Assembly (NCBI GenBank): GCA_041288045.1
Contig: JBGGMM010000026.1
Span: 1-13,779 of the forward strand
From: Pseudobdellovibrionaceae bacterium
GTDB lineage: Bacteria > Bdellovibrionota > Bdellovibrionia > Bdellovibrionales > Bdellovibrionaceae
Length of the DNA: 13,779 nucleotides
Direction: 5' to 3'
The notes under the pieces were generated by a model. It had not been told where the DNA came from. It ran no database searches and was given only the letters and a program-made list of their open reading frames with translations. The translations under genes and the position numbers were made by a program. This document shows, piece after piece, positions 5,637 through 13,779 of this stretch (the stretch's first letter is position 1; the number at the start of each line of letters is the position of its first letter).

Positions 5637-8051
5637 ATGGGATATCATCACAAAGACATCGATTCAAAGTGGCAAAAAAAATGGGCCGAAAAACAAATTT
5701 TCAAGGCCGACAATGGTTCGCAAAAACCCAAGTACTATGCGCTTGATATGTTTCCCTACCCCTCGGGTTCTGGACTGCATGTCGGTCATATTGCTTCTTA
5801 TACTCCCGCCGATATCATCTCTCGTTTCAAACGGGCCAAAGGTTTCAATGTGCTGCATCCCATGGGCTATGATGCTTTTGGATTGCCTGCTGAGCAGTAC
5901 GCCATTCAAACCGGCATTCATCCGGCGATCACCACTCAAAAGGCAATTGAGAGCTTTCGCAAAACTTTGCAAGGCTTTGGTTTTAGTTTTGATTGGACTC
6001 GAGAAATTTCAACTTGTGACGGCACTTACTACAAGTGGACTCAATTTATTTTCACCAAACTTTTTGAAAAAGGCCTCGCCTATCAAAAAGAAGTCCCAGT
6101 GAACTGGTGCCCAGCTTTGAAAACCGTTCTCGCCAACGAAGAAGTGGTGGATGGAAAAAGCGAACGCGGTGGCCACCCTGTCATTCGAATGCCAATGAAG
6201 CAGTGGATGTTGAAAATCACAGATTACGCGGAAAGACTGCTCAAGGATCTGGATCATGTCGATTGGCCTGAGCGCACCAAAGAGGGTCAGCGCAACTGGA
6301 TTGGAAAATCCGAAGGAGCCCATGTCCGCTTTCAAATCGAAGGCCAGGGTGAATTGACTGTTTTTACCACTCGCCCCGACACTCTGTTTGGCGTGACTTT
6401 CATGGTGCTAGCTCCCGAAAATCCCTTGGTAAAAAAAATCACCACAGCTGAGCAGAAAAAAGCAGTTGAAGACTATGTCTCTCAAGCCTCTCGCAAATCA
6501 GAAGTGGAGCGTAAAGCGGCTCAGGAGAAAACCGGAGTTTTCACTGGGGCTTTTGCCATCAATCCTCTGAATCAGGAAAAAAATCCCATTTGGATTGCTG
6601 ACTATGTTCTGATGGATTACGGAACTGGCGCCATTATGGCTGTTCCAGCTCATGATCAAAGAGATTTTGAATTCGCCAAAAAATTCAATTTACCGATCAA
6701 ACAGGTTTTGCAGTCTGAAAATCCTGAAGACAATTTACTGAAACAGGCATTTGAAGGCGAAGGAATTTTAATTCAATCCGATTTCATCAATGGCTTGAAA
6801 AAAACCGAAGCCATTCAAAAAATGCTCTCTCATTTGGAAGCAAAAAAAATCGGCACTCGCCAGGTTCAGTACAAATTGCGCGATTGGCTTTTTTCTAGGC
6901 AGCGCTATTGGGGTGAACCATTCCCAATTGTTCACATGTCTGAAGGGATGCAAGCTCTGCCCGTCAATGAGCTTCCCGTTCTTTTACCTGAAGTCGCCGA
7001 TTATGAACCTTCCGAATCTGGCGAAGCGCCTTTGGCCAAAGTGAAGGACTGGGTTCAGTACACGAGCCCCTTGGGGAAAAAGGGCGTTCGTGAAACCGAT
7101 ACTATGCCTGGCTCTGCCGGATCGTCGTGGTATTTTTTGCGTTACACGGATCCTTTGAACAACCAGGAAGCCTTTTCTTTTGAAGCTCAAAAATACTGGA
7201 TGCCAGTGGATATTTACATTGGTGGGGCTGAACACACAGTTGGTCACCTTCTCTACGCTCGCTTTTGGCAAAAAGTGCTCTTTGACTGCGGTCTTGTGAG
7301 CCACGATGAACCTTTTAAAAAATTGGCTCATCAGGGACTGGTTCTGGGGCCCGATGGTGAAAAAATGTCCAAATCCCGGGGCAACGTTGTGCCTGCCGAT
7401 TCAGCCCAAGCCGATTACGGAGCCGATGCCACTCGGATGTATATTTGCTTTATGGGACCTTTTGAAAAAGACAAGCCTTGGTCCCTCACTGGCATTGAAG
7501 GTGTGCGCCGCTTTTTGGATCGCACTTGGCGATTGGTCAGCGATGATGAAGGAAAAGTGATTGCTGATTCGGCAGAAGTGCCAGCTGAAATCGAAAAGCT
7601 TCTTCATAAGACAATCAAAAAAGTCACAACCGATATTGAAACTATGAGTTTCAACACCTCCATCAGCCAGATGATGATTTTGGTCAATGAATTGTATCGC
7701 CTTAATATCAGGCCCAAATCAGTTCTCAAAATTTTGGCTCAGTTGATGATGCCTTTTGCTCCTCACCTGGCTGAGGAGATTTGGGAAAAACTGGGGGGTG
7801 AAGGTTTTATCTCTTTGGCGCCATGGCCAGGATTTGATCCTGCCAAATGTGCAGACGATGTCATCACCATGGGAGTCCAAGTAAATGGCAAAATGCGCGG
7901 CACTGTGGAAATCCCTCCAGATGCAACTGAGGCGGTCGCCCTGGAAGCGGCTCGAGCAGTTGCTTCGGTCCAGAACGCGATCGGTGGAAAGCCGATCGAC
8001 AAAGTCATTTACAAGGCCGGAAAAATTTTGAATCTGATCGTGAAGGCCTGA
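5637..8051 (+). CDS. leuS: Leucine--tRNA ligase
   Basis: MFPYPSG.GLHVGH (HIGH), CP1 editing motifs FTTRPDT and GTGAIMAVPAHDQRD, DWLFSRQRYWG, KMSKS and C-terminal QVNGKMRG; 804 aa. Confidence 0.98.
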   Translation: MGYHHKDIDSKWQKKWAEKQIFKADNGSQKPKYYALDMFPYPSGSGLHVGHIASYTPADIISRFKRAKGFNVLHPMGYDAFGLPAEQYAIQTGIHPAITTQKAIESFRKTLQGFGFSFDWTREISTCDGTYYKWTQFIFTKLFEKGLAYQKEVPVNWCPALKTVLANEEVVDGKSERGGHPVIRMPMKQWMLKITDYAERLLKDLDHVDWPERTKEGQRNWIGKSEGAHVRFQIEGQGELTVFTTRPDTLFGVTFMVLAPENPLVKKITTAEQKKAVEDYVSQASRKSEVERKAAQEKTGVFTGAFAINPLNQEKNPIWIADYVLMDYGTGAIMAVPAHDQRDFEFAKKFNLPIKQVLQSENPEDNLLKQAFEGEGILIQSDFINGLKKTEAIQKMLSHLEAKKIGTRQVQYKLRDWLFSRQRYWGEPFPIVHMSEGMQALPVNELPVLLPEVADYEPSESGEAPLAKVKDWVQYTSPLGKKGVRETDTMPGSAGSSWYFLRYTDPLNNQEAFSFEAQKYWMPVDIYIGGAEHTVGHLLYARFWQKVLFDCGLVSHDEPFKKLAHQGLVLGPDGEKMSKSRGNVVPADSAQADYGADATRMYICFMGPFEKDKPWSLTGIEGVRRFLDRTWRLVSDDEGKVIADSAEVPAEIEKLLHKTIKKVTTDIETMSFNTSISQMMILVNELYRLNIRPKSVLKILAQLMMPFAPHLAEEIWEKLGGEGFISLAPWPGFDPAKCADDVITMGVQVNGKMRGTVEIPPDATEAVALEAARAVASVQNAIGGKPIDKVIYKAGKILNLIVKA

Positions 8052-8095
8052 GTTTTTTTTTGTATCGGCCGGCGGAATTGTGATAGGACCCTTAT

Positions 8096-10072
8096 ATGGA
8101 AACATCACTTCAAAAGGATTTAGGGTCGCAAACACCCGAGTCAAAGGGGTCTGAAACGATGTCTGCCTCTAGTTGGTCTGGAGATCAAAGCGCTGAGCTT
8201 TATGGAATCAATTCTTGGGGAAATGGTTATTTCCGCGTTAACAAACAGGGAAATGTCAGTGTCACTCCGACAGGAGCCCAAGGCCCCTGTGTCGATCTTT
8301 ATGAGCTCACTCAAGATTTGTTAGATCGCGGAATTCGCGTTCCCATCATGATTCGCTTTCCTGATATCATCAAAGCCCGCGTCGAGCTGATCAACAACTG
8401 CTTTGCGAAGGCAATTGCCGATCACAACTACAAAGGTCAGTACTGTGGCGTTTATCCCATCAAAGTGAACCAGCAACGCCACTTGGTTGAAGAGATTGTT
8501 CATCACGGAAGGCATCGCCGACTGGGACTTGAGTGCGGAAGCAAACCAGAACTGCTTGTGGTTTTGGCTTTGATGAACACTCAAAACGCTTTGGTGATTT
8601 GCAATGGATTTAAAGACGTTGAGTATATTGAGACTGCAATTCTTTCTCAAAAGCTGGGTCGACACACGATCATTGTCGTCGATCGTTTTGAAGAATTGAA
8701 ACTGATCATTGATGCTGCGAAAAAATTAAACACTCGCCCACACATTGGATTTCGCGCCAAATTGAACACTCAAGGGGCTGGAAAATGGGTGGATTCCTCA
8801 GGAGCCCGATCTAAATTCGGTCTGACTTCCATGGAAATTGTCGAGGGCATGGATCTTCTCAAGCGCGAAGGCATGATCGATTGCCTTGAGCTTTTGCATT
8901 TCCATATTGGTTCGCAGATTCCTGCCATTCAAAGTTTGAAATCTTCTTTGAAAGAAGGCGCTCGGTTTTACACTGAACTCTATGCTATGGGAGCCACAGG
9001 TCTGAAATTTATCGACGTCGGCGGCGGGCTTGGCGTGGATTACGATGGAACTGGATCTTCTGATAGCTCCATCAATTACAGCGAGCAAGAATACGCCAAT
9101 GACGTGGTCTCTGCCCTGCAATCTCTTTGTGATGAAAAGAAAGTTCCTCATCCCGACATTGTCACCGAGTCCGGCCGCTTTCTGGTGGCCCACCACTCAA
9201 TCTTGGTTTTCAATGTGATGGGGATCAATGATTTAAGAAGACCTGAGCCTCCACGACCGGCAACCAAAGCTGATCATCCGCTGGTGCAGGACCTTCAGTA
9301 CATTTACGAAAAGCTCAACAAAGAGAACATCAACGAATGCTTCAATGACCTTCAGCAAGCTAAGACCGAAACTCTGTCACTTTTCACTTATGGCGTTTTG
9401 AATCTCGAGCAGAGAGCTTGGGCAGAAGCCATGTACTTTGCGATTGCCACCAAAATGATCGTGATCGCGAAGCAGGTTGAGGATGCTGAAGACATTCTAA
9501 ATGTCCTTTCAACCGAACTCTGCGACACTTTTTTCTGCAATTTCTCTGTATTCCAATCCGTTCCCGATTCTTGGGCCGTGGGACAGATGTTTCCAGTGAT
9601 GCCAATCCATCGCCTGGAAGAAAAACCTCCGCGCGAAGCCACTTTGGCCGATCTGACATGCGATTCGGATGGGAAAGTCGAAAAATTCATCGACACTGAA
9701 ACTGGCAAATACAAAAAGACCCTGCACGTTCACAACCTGAATCCAGGCCAGCACTACTATCTAGGAGTCTTCCTGACAGGAGCTTACCAAGAGATTCTGG
9801 GCGATTTGCACAACCTCTTCGGTGATACGGACGCTGTTCACGTGTCTTTGCATGAAAGCGGCTACACTTTGGATCACTACATCCCTGGTGACACCGTGAC
9901 TGAGGTTCTGAGCTACGTGCAGTACCGACACTACAACATGGTCGACAGCATTCGCTTAGCGGCTGAAGAAGGCATTCAGAAAGGCACGATCAGCAAACAA
10001 GAAGCCAAGCTTCTGATCAAACATTACGAAGAAGGTCTTTCGGGATACACTTATCTCGAGGATCCGGAGTAA
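8096..10072 (+). CDS. speA: Biosynthetic arginine decarboxylase
   Basis: YPIKVNQ (PLP Lys), GLECGSKPEL, HFHIGSQI, DVGGGLGVDY, TESGR, TCDSDG, GAYQEILGDLHNLFG and terminal YTYLE. Start is 8096 (AGGA upstream) or possibly 8159. Confidence 0.96.
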   Translation: METSLQKDLGSQTPESKGSETMSASSWSGDQSAELYGINSWGNGYFRVNKQGNVSVTPTGAQGPCVDLYELTQDLLDRGIRVPIMIRFPDIIKARVELINNCFAKAIADHNYKGQYCGVYPIKVNQQRHLVEEIVHHGRHRRLGLECGSKPELLVVLALMNTQNALVICNGFKDVEYIETAILSQKLGRHTIIVVDRFEELKLIIDAAKKLNTRPHIGFRAKLNTQGAGKWVDSSGARSKFGLTSMEIVEGMDLLKREGMIDCLELLHFHIGSQIPAIQSLKSSLKEGARFYTELYAMGATGLKFIDVGGGLGVDYDGTGSSDSSINYSEQEYANDVVSALQSLCDEKKVPHPDIVTESGRFLVAHHSILVFNVMGINDLRRPEPPRPATKADHPLVQDLQYIYEKLNKENINECFNDLQQAKTETLSLFTYGVLNLEQRAWAEAMYFAIATKMIVIAKQVEDAEDILNVLSTELCDTFFCNFSVFQSVPDSWAVGQMFPVMPIHRLEEKPPREATLADLTCDSDGKVEKFIDTETGKYKKTLHVHNLNPGQHYYLGVFLTGAYQEILGDLHNLFGDTDAVHVSLHESGYTLDHYIPGDTVTEVLSYVQYRHYNMVDSIRLAAEEGIQKGTISKQEAKLLIKHYEEGLSGYTYLEDPE

Positions 10073-10196
10073 TTTCTTTTCGGGTTGTCTCTAGCCCAGC
10101 GGAGCCGAATCTAAACAAGAGTCTGACCGTCCGAGCCGTCCGGCAAATGAATTAAAGGCAAGCTGTATAATGTACACTTTGTTTTATGCTGCAAAT

Positions 10197-10246
10197 CTGC
10201 ACTCTGATTATCGTCTGTTTATAGACAGACGATAATCAGAGTGCAG
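10197..10246. repeat. 50-bp near-perfect palindrome (22-bp arms)
   Basis: CTGCACTCTGATTATCGTCTGT (10197-10218), then TTATAG, then ACAGACGATAATCAGAGTGCAG (10225-10246). The arms are exact reverse complements, located between convergent transcription units. Confidence 0.95.
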
Positions 10247-10254
10247 GATCAAAA

Positions 10255-10556
10255 CTATTCATTGCGGTGTTCAGAAAACGCTGCGGCATTTATTGCCCAA
10301 ACTGTTCTCCTCTTTTTGGAATGCCGTGAGCCTTATCTGGGCCTCGATAGATTCCAAATTTCATTGTTGAAGTATTGAGGCATCCTGGACATGAAGATCG
10401 ATCCCAGTTGAAATAAAAATTCTTAACTGGCGATAGTTGGCCGTCATTCGTTAATTGCACATATCCTTGCGGGCCCATGGTGAATTCGATTTTCAAAGAA
10501 AAATCCGTTATTTGGCAATTCGACTGAATGAAAGATGGACAGCAGAGGAAGCGGAC
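10255..10556 (-). pseudogene. Possible 3' remnant of a polysaccharide lyase (jelly-roll) gene
   Basis: An open frame directly after the doxX stop reads ..QITDFSLKIEFTMGPQGYVQLTNDGQL..TMKFGIYRG.., resembling the W-x-D-F..G-Y/F-x3-W-x-N/D-G..Y-F-K-x-G-I-Y-R pattern of such lyases. It has no SD or N-terminal part. A -1 frame from the A run at 10313-10317 continues RRTVWAINAAAFSEHRNE to TAG at 10255. Family call is from remembered motifs only. Confidence 0.4.
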
Positions 10557-10940
10557 TTACTCTTTCATCCACCCAGAAAGCCGGCTCCCCACACTGTACT
10601 TTCCACCACCAGTGAAAAACAGAGTGAGAAAAACCGCCGCATATAAAAGTGCCAACTCTTTTTTCTGCCATGGATCTGCGGCATGAATGATGAGACTCCC
10701 AACTGCCATCGTGATAAAAAGTGGAACCGACGCCCATTTGGTGCGAATGCCGAGGATCAGAAGCAGCGAGCAGAAAAATTCAGCAAAGACGGCAAGGCCC
10801 AAAGCGATTGGTGAGCCCAAGCCGATGGGATCCGGGAAGGTGTCCATTTTATTTTGGAATTCGATGAGCTTGGGCCATCCGTGAGATAACATCATGAGAC
10901 CTGCAGAAACTCTGAGGATCAAAAGTCCGAGATCGGCCAT
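10557..10940 (-). CDS. DoxX family membrane protein
   Basis: DLGLLILRV..GLMML.HGWPKL, FPDPIGLG, LAVFAEFF..LLLILG..T, KELALLY, GGGKYS; AGGAG SD upstream. Confidence 0.92.
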   Translation of the reverse strand: MADLGLLILRVSAGLMMLSHGWPKLIEFQNKMDTFPDPIGLGSPIALGLAVFAEFFCSLLLILGIRTKWASVPLFITMAVGSLIIHAADPWQKKELALLYAAVFLTLFFTGGGKYSVGSRLSGWMKE

Positions 10941-10970
10941 TGCACATCTCCTTTTTCTTGATTCATTTAT

Positions 10971-11777
10971 TTACGAAAGCCAGGGCCTCAGAAGCTCTTC
11001 TGACTTCTTCCACAATTGAACTGTTAGATTGTCATCTTGGGCAAGTCTTGACGGGTAGGTCAATTTGTTATTCACGAAATATCCACCAGTGGTGCTTTCA
11101 ACAGTTGGATCAAGTGCGAGAAAAATCGAGCCTTCGCTCCCCTTTTCTGTGGTGTCACCTTGAATTTGAAATCCTGCATGCAAGAGCTTCGTATCAATCA
11201 CTCCCGGATGCAGACAATTGGCAGTGATTGGAGAATTTTTTAAAATAGCCGCCAGTGCTCTTGTGAAAAGCACGTTGCAGAGTTTTGAAACAGAATAGGC
11301 CTCATATCCGTCGAAGTGCTTTTGACCATTGAGATTATCGAAATCAAGATGGCCTTTTTGGTGGGCGATCGAGCTCACTGTCACAATTCGAGCTCGAGGT
11401 CGAGTTTTCAGAAGCGGTAATAATTCATGAGTCAAAAGATGAACTGCCAAATGATTCACACAAAAAGTCATTTCAAAGCCGTCTTTGGAAAGCTTTTTTT
11501 GGTTCATGTAAACACCAGCATTGTTGATCAAAATATCCAGTTCAGGCCCGACCTTCTTGACCTGATTTGCGAGCTCAACCACTTCGCTCATCATCGAAAG
11601 ATCACCCCAAACTGGCAAAGCTTGACCAGAACCAGCTGTCATGACCTTGCTAGTGGCTAATTTAGCTTTTTCTTGATTGCGGCCGTGGATCAGCACTCGG
11701 TGTCCTCGCTGGACGAGTTGGCTTGCCGTCGCAAGTCCGATCCCATCAGTGCTACCAGTCACGAGAATTGTTTTCAT
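10971..11777 (-). CDS. SDR oxidoreductase (retinol dehydrogenase / WWOX-like subgroup)
   Basis: TGSTDGIG, LDILINNAG, DGFEMTFCVNHL, VSS, YSVSK and LHPGVIDT. Confidence 0.92.
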   Translation of the reverse strand: MKTILVTGSTDGIGLATASQLVQRGHRVLIHGRNQEKAKLATSKVMTAGSGQALPVWGDLSMMSEVVELANQVKKVGPELDILINNAGVYMNQKKLSKDGFEMTFCVNHLAVHLLTHELLPLLKTRPRARIVTVSSIAHQKGHLDFDNLNGQKHFDGYEAYSVSKLCNVLFTRALAAILKNSPITANCLHPGVIDTKLLHAGFQIQGDTTEKGSEGSIFLALDPTVESTTGGYFVNNKLTYPSRLAQDDNLTVQLWKKSEELLRPWLS

Positions 11778-11780
11778 GCG

Positions 11781-13382
11781 CTAAGGTTTTACCCACCAGT
11801 ATTCAGTCCCCAACGAATAATCAAAAGTGCTCGCTGGTTGACCGATTCGATTGGAGAGAGCGTAGAAGCTGTATTTTTCATTGAACATAAAAACATAGGG
11901 CACATCGGCTGCGATTTTCTCATAAACTTTTCGCAGCAGCTGAATGCGTTTTTTCCGATCCATTTCGGCTCTTGCCTGATCGATCAAACGATCCACTTCG
12001 GGTGAGCGGTAATGACTAAAGTTGGAGCCACCCTTCTTGGTGCCGGCAGAATGCCAAAAAGGTTTTGGATCGAACTCAACAGTGGTCATACGAGCCAGAG
12101 AAAGAGCATCAAATTTTCCATCATCCACAAGCTTGATAAAAAGAGGCCATTCCAAATATTTGACCTCCATTTCGATCCCGGCTTTTTTCAAATCCGCTTT
12201 GTAGACCATCAAATATTTTTCATATTCTTTGTTGGACTGAATCAGCACAAACCGAAAATCCATTTTTTTTCCATTGACGATTTTATCCAAAGTTCCATCT
12301 TTGTCAGAGTCTTTCCATCCTTCTTTGGCTAAAAGTTCTTGCGCTTTGGCTTCGTCAAAAACAATCGGGGCAACAGAAGGAGAAGCATAGTCAGAAAAAT
12401 AATCCGAAGGTCCGGTTGCCGGAGCTGAGAGATCAAAACGAAATTTTTTAATCATCTCTGCTCGGTTCATTAAATAAGCCAATGCCAAACGGACATTTTT
12501 TTCTTTAAAAAGCGGGTTTTCTAAATTCCAAGCGATAAAGCGGTAGCCTTTGGGAACTTTGTTTTCGACTTTGAATTTGAAAACTTTCTTTCCCCAGTTT
12601 CCGCCCTCAGTTTTGGTCATGTACTGCTCAGGGCTGAGCTCATCAAAGTCCAGCTCACCAGAATTGAGCATCTTCAAATACTCTTTCTCGTCTTTGATGA
12701 AGCGAAAAACAAGAGTGTCCAAATTATAAATGCCTTTCAACTCAGGCACGGTTTTACCAAACCAGTTGCTGTATTTTTTCAGAATAATTTTCTGCCCTTT
12801 TTCGAACTTGTCCAATCGATAAGGACCTGACCCCACAATCTCTTTCGTCATCTTCTTTGATTTTTCCAAATCCGAGTAAACATGATTTAGAAGAGTGGCG
12901 AGGCCAGCCGCAAAATCAAAATTAAGAAAATAAACTTCTTTGGTGAAAAATTTAACCTGCAGGGGATCGACAATTTCCACTTTGGAAATTCCCTCATAAT
13001 AGGGTCGCAAATGGCTCGAGTCGTATTTTGAATCCATAATGGCATCAAAAGTAAATTTGACATCTTCAGCAGTCAGCGGTTTGCCGTCATGAAAAGTCAG
13101 ATTGTTGCGAAGCCAGAAAGTAAAAATTTTGCCATCTTTTGAAATTTCCCATTTTTCGGCCAGGTAAGGTTTCCACTCAAAAGTTTGCGGATCCTTGGTC
13201 AGCAAAGTTGCCAATGTGTAATCGTGAATCTGAGAAGCTCCGACATCCAAAGAAGAAATCGGATGAATCGTCGGAGGTTCTACCCGTCCCTGGATATTCA
13301 GAACCATTTGCCCACCTTGGGGAGCTTCTGAATTACCTGCAGCAAAAGCCAAAGACAGAAGGACAGAAAAGATGCTGATCAT
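11781..13382 (-). CDS. Family 5 (peptide/nickel) ABC transporter substrate-binding protein
   Basis: Signal-like N terminus, PYLAEKWEISKDGKIFTFWLR..TFHDGKPLTAEDVKFT family-5 signature, VGSGPYRL, VRLALAYLMNR and NFSHYRSPEVDRLI; CAGGAG SD upstream. Confidence 0.93.
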   Translation of the reverse strand: MISIFSVLLSLAFAAGNSEAPQGGQMVLNIQGRVEPPTIHPISSLDVGASQIHDYTLATLLTKDPQTFEWKPYLAEKWEISKDGKIFTFWLRNNLTFHDGKPLTAEDVKFTFDAIMDSKYDSSHLRPYYEGISKVEIVDPLQVKFFTKEVYFLNFDFAAGLATLLNHVYSDLEKSKKMTKEIVGSGPYRLDKFEKGQKIILKKYSNWFGKTVPELKGIYNLDTLVFRFIKDEKEYLKMLNSGELDFDELSPEQYMTKTEGGNWGKKVFKFKVENKVPKGYRFIAWNLENPLFKEKNVRLALAYLMNRAEMIKKFRFDLSAPATGPSDYFSDYASPSVAPIVFDEAKAQELLAKEGWKDSDKDGTLDKIVNGKKMDFRFVLIQSNKEYEKYLMVYKADLKKAGIEMEVKYLEWPLFIKLVDDGKFDALSLARMTTVEFDPKPFWHSAGTKKGGSNFSHYRSPEVDRLIDQARAEMDRKKRIQLLRKVYEKIAADVPYVFMFNEKYSFYALSNRIGQPASTFDYSLGTEYWWVKP

Positions 13383-13482
13383 GAGAGGAATCTCCTGTAT
13401 TTTGCTGTCCCAATTTGTGGCAAGAGGTGGTAATAATCAAGCACTTCGGCCCCGGTTACGCCACTTCGCGCAAAGGATCATT

Positions 13483-13779
13483 ATGAGCACATTTGACCCC
13501 TCTCAATCCATCTCTTCAGAGTTCGGAATTTTTGGAATTCCAATCAAAGAAGAAGAAGCCAAATTGATTCTTCTCCCCGTTCCTTGGGAAGTAACAACCT
13601 CCTATGGAAAAGGCGCCAGTCACGGACCTCGGATCATTCGCCAAGCGTCTGAGCAAATTGATCTTTTCGATCTTGAGACTGGGAAAGCTTACGAGGCTGG
13701 ATATTTCATGCGCGAAATTCCCACGGACTTAGAAGAAAAAAATAAAGTCATGAAATCCAAAGCGCAAGAGCTGATCCGA
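13483..13779 (+). CDS. speB: Agmatinase / ureohydrolase family protein, 5' part (runs off the window edge)
   Basis: Manual translation: MSTFDPSQSISSEFGIFGIPIKEEEAKLILLPVPWEVTTSYGKGASHGPRIIRQASEQIDLFDLETGKAYEAGYFMREIP... The PVPWE.TTSY..G...GP..IR.AS pattern is the arginase/agmatinase N terminus. AAGGA SD upstream and speA nearby. The metal-binding motifs lie outside the window. Confidence 0.82.
   Translation, partial: MSTFDPSQSISSEFGIFGIPIKEEEAKLILLPVPWEVTTSYGKGASHGPRIIRQASEQIDLFDLETGKAYEAGYFMREIPTDLEEKNKVMKSKAQELIR

Noticed and set aside
8052..8062. T9 tract after the leuS stop as a terminator or phase-variable tract
   Set aside because: No convincing preceding GC stem, and nothing in a single sequence shows length variation.
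10127..10142. Direct repeat CCGTCCG x2 (similarly CACTTCG x2 at 13442-13468)
   Set aside because: 7-bp duplications are expected by chance, and the two ends of the block do not share a repeat.
10197..10246. Palindrome as an integron attC site, protelomerase telRL site, retron msd or CRISPR repeat
   Set aside because: No RYYYAAC/GTTRRRY ends or extrahelical bases, no integrase, protelomerase, reverse transcriptase or cas gene in the window, and only one copy.
604..13378. Remaining short ORFs in the track (e.g. 2552-3013, 7719-8144, 8798-9196, 10444-10737, 11673-12005)
   Set aside because: They overlap confidently assigned genes in antisense or alternative frames, mostly with non-ATG starts and no motifs.

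Overview
Mostly housekeeping chromosomal DNA, probably from a Bdellovibrionota-like bacterium (inferred from an FQNC-type lipobox, a Bd0367/DgcA-like REC-GGDEF protein and the style of the peptide-binding protein). The left part is a tightly coupled minus-strand operon: REC-GGDEF, CDF metal transporter, trmB, [2Fe-2S] ferredoxin, SDR, trxB and a single-domain response regulator. It is followed by a structured 165-bp intergenic region and the 5' end of a lipoprotein c-type cytochrome gene that the ORF track missed. leuS and speA run divergently on the plus strand. An agmatinase-family gene, also missed by the track, starts at 13483. Between speA and the agmatinase lies an oppositely oriented block: orphan peptide ABC substrate-binding protein, SDR, DoxX and a polysaccharide-lyase-like remnant. 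A 50-bp near-perfect palindrome and a degenerate dif-like 28-mer sit at the left edge of that block. The best leads are the Hypr (3',3'-cGAMP synthase) Asp-to-Ser signature in the GGDEF protein, a switch-like leader that could mask the cytochrome gene's Shine-Dalgarno (SD) sequence, a response regulator with a possible ClpX-binding motif, and the palindrome/dif-like junction. No rRNA, tRNA, CRISPR array or transposase was recognised.
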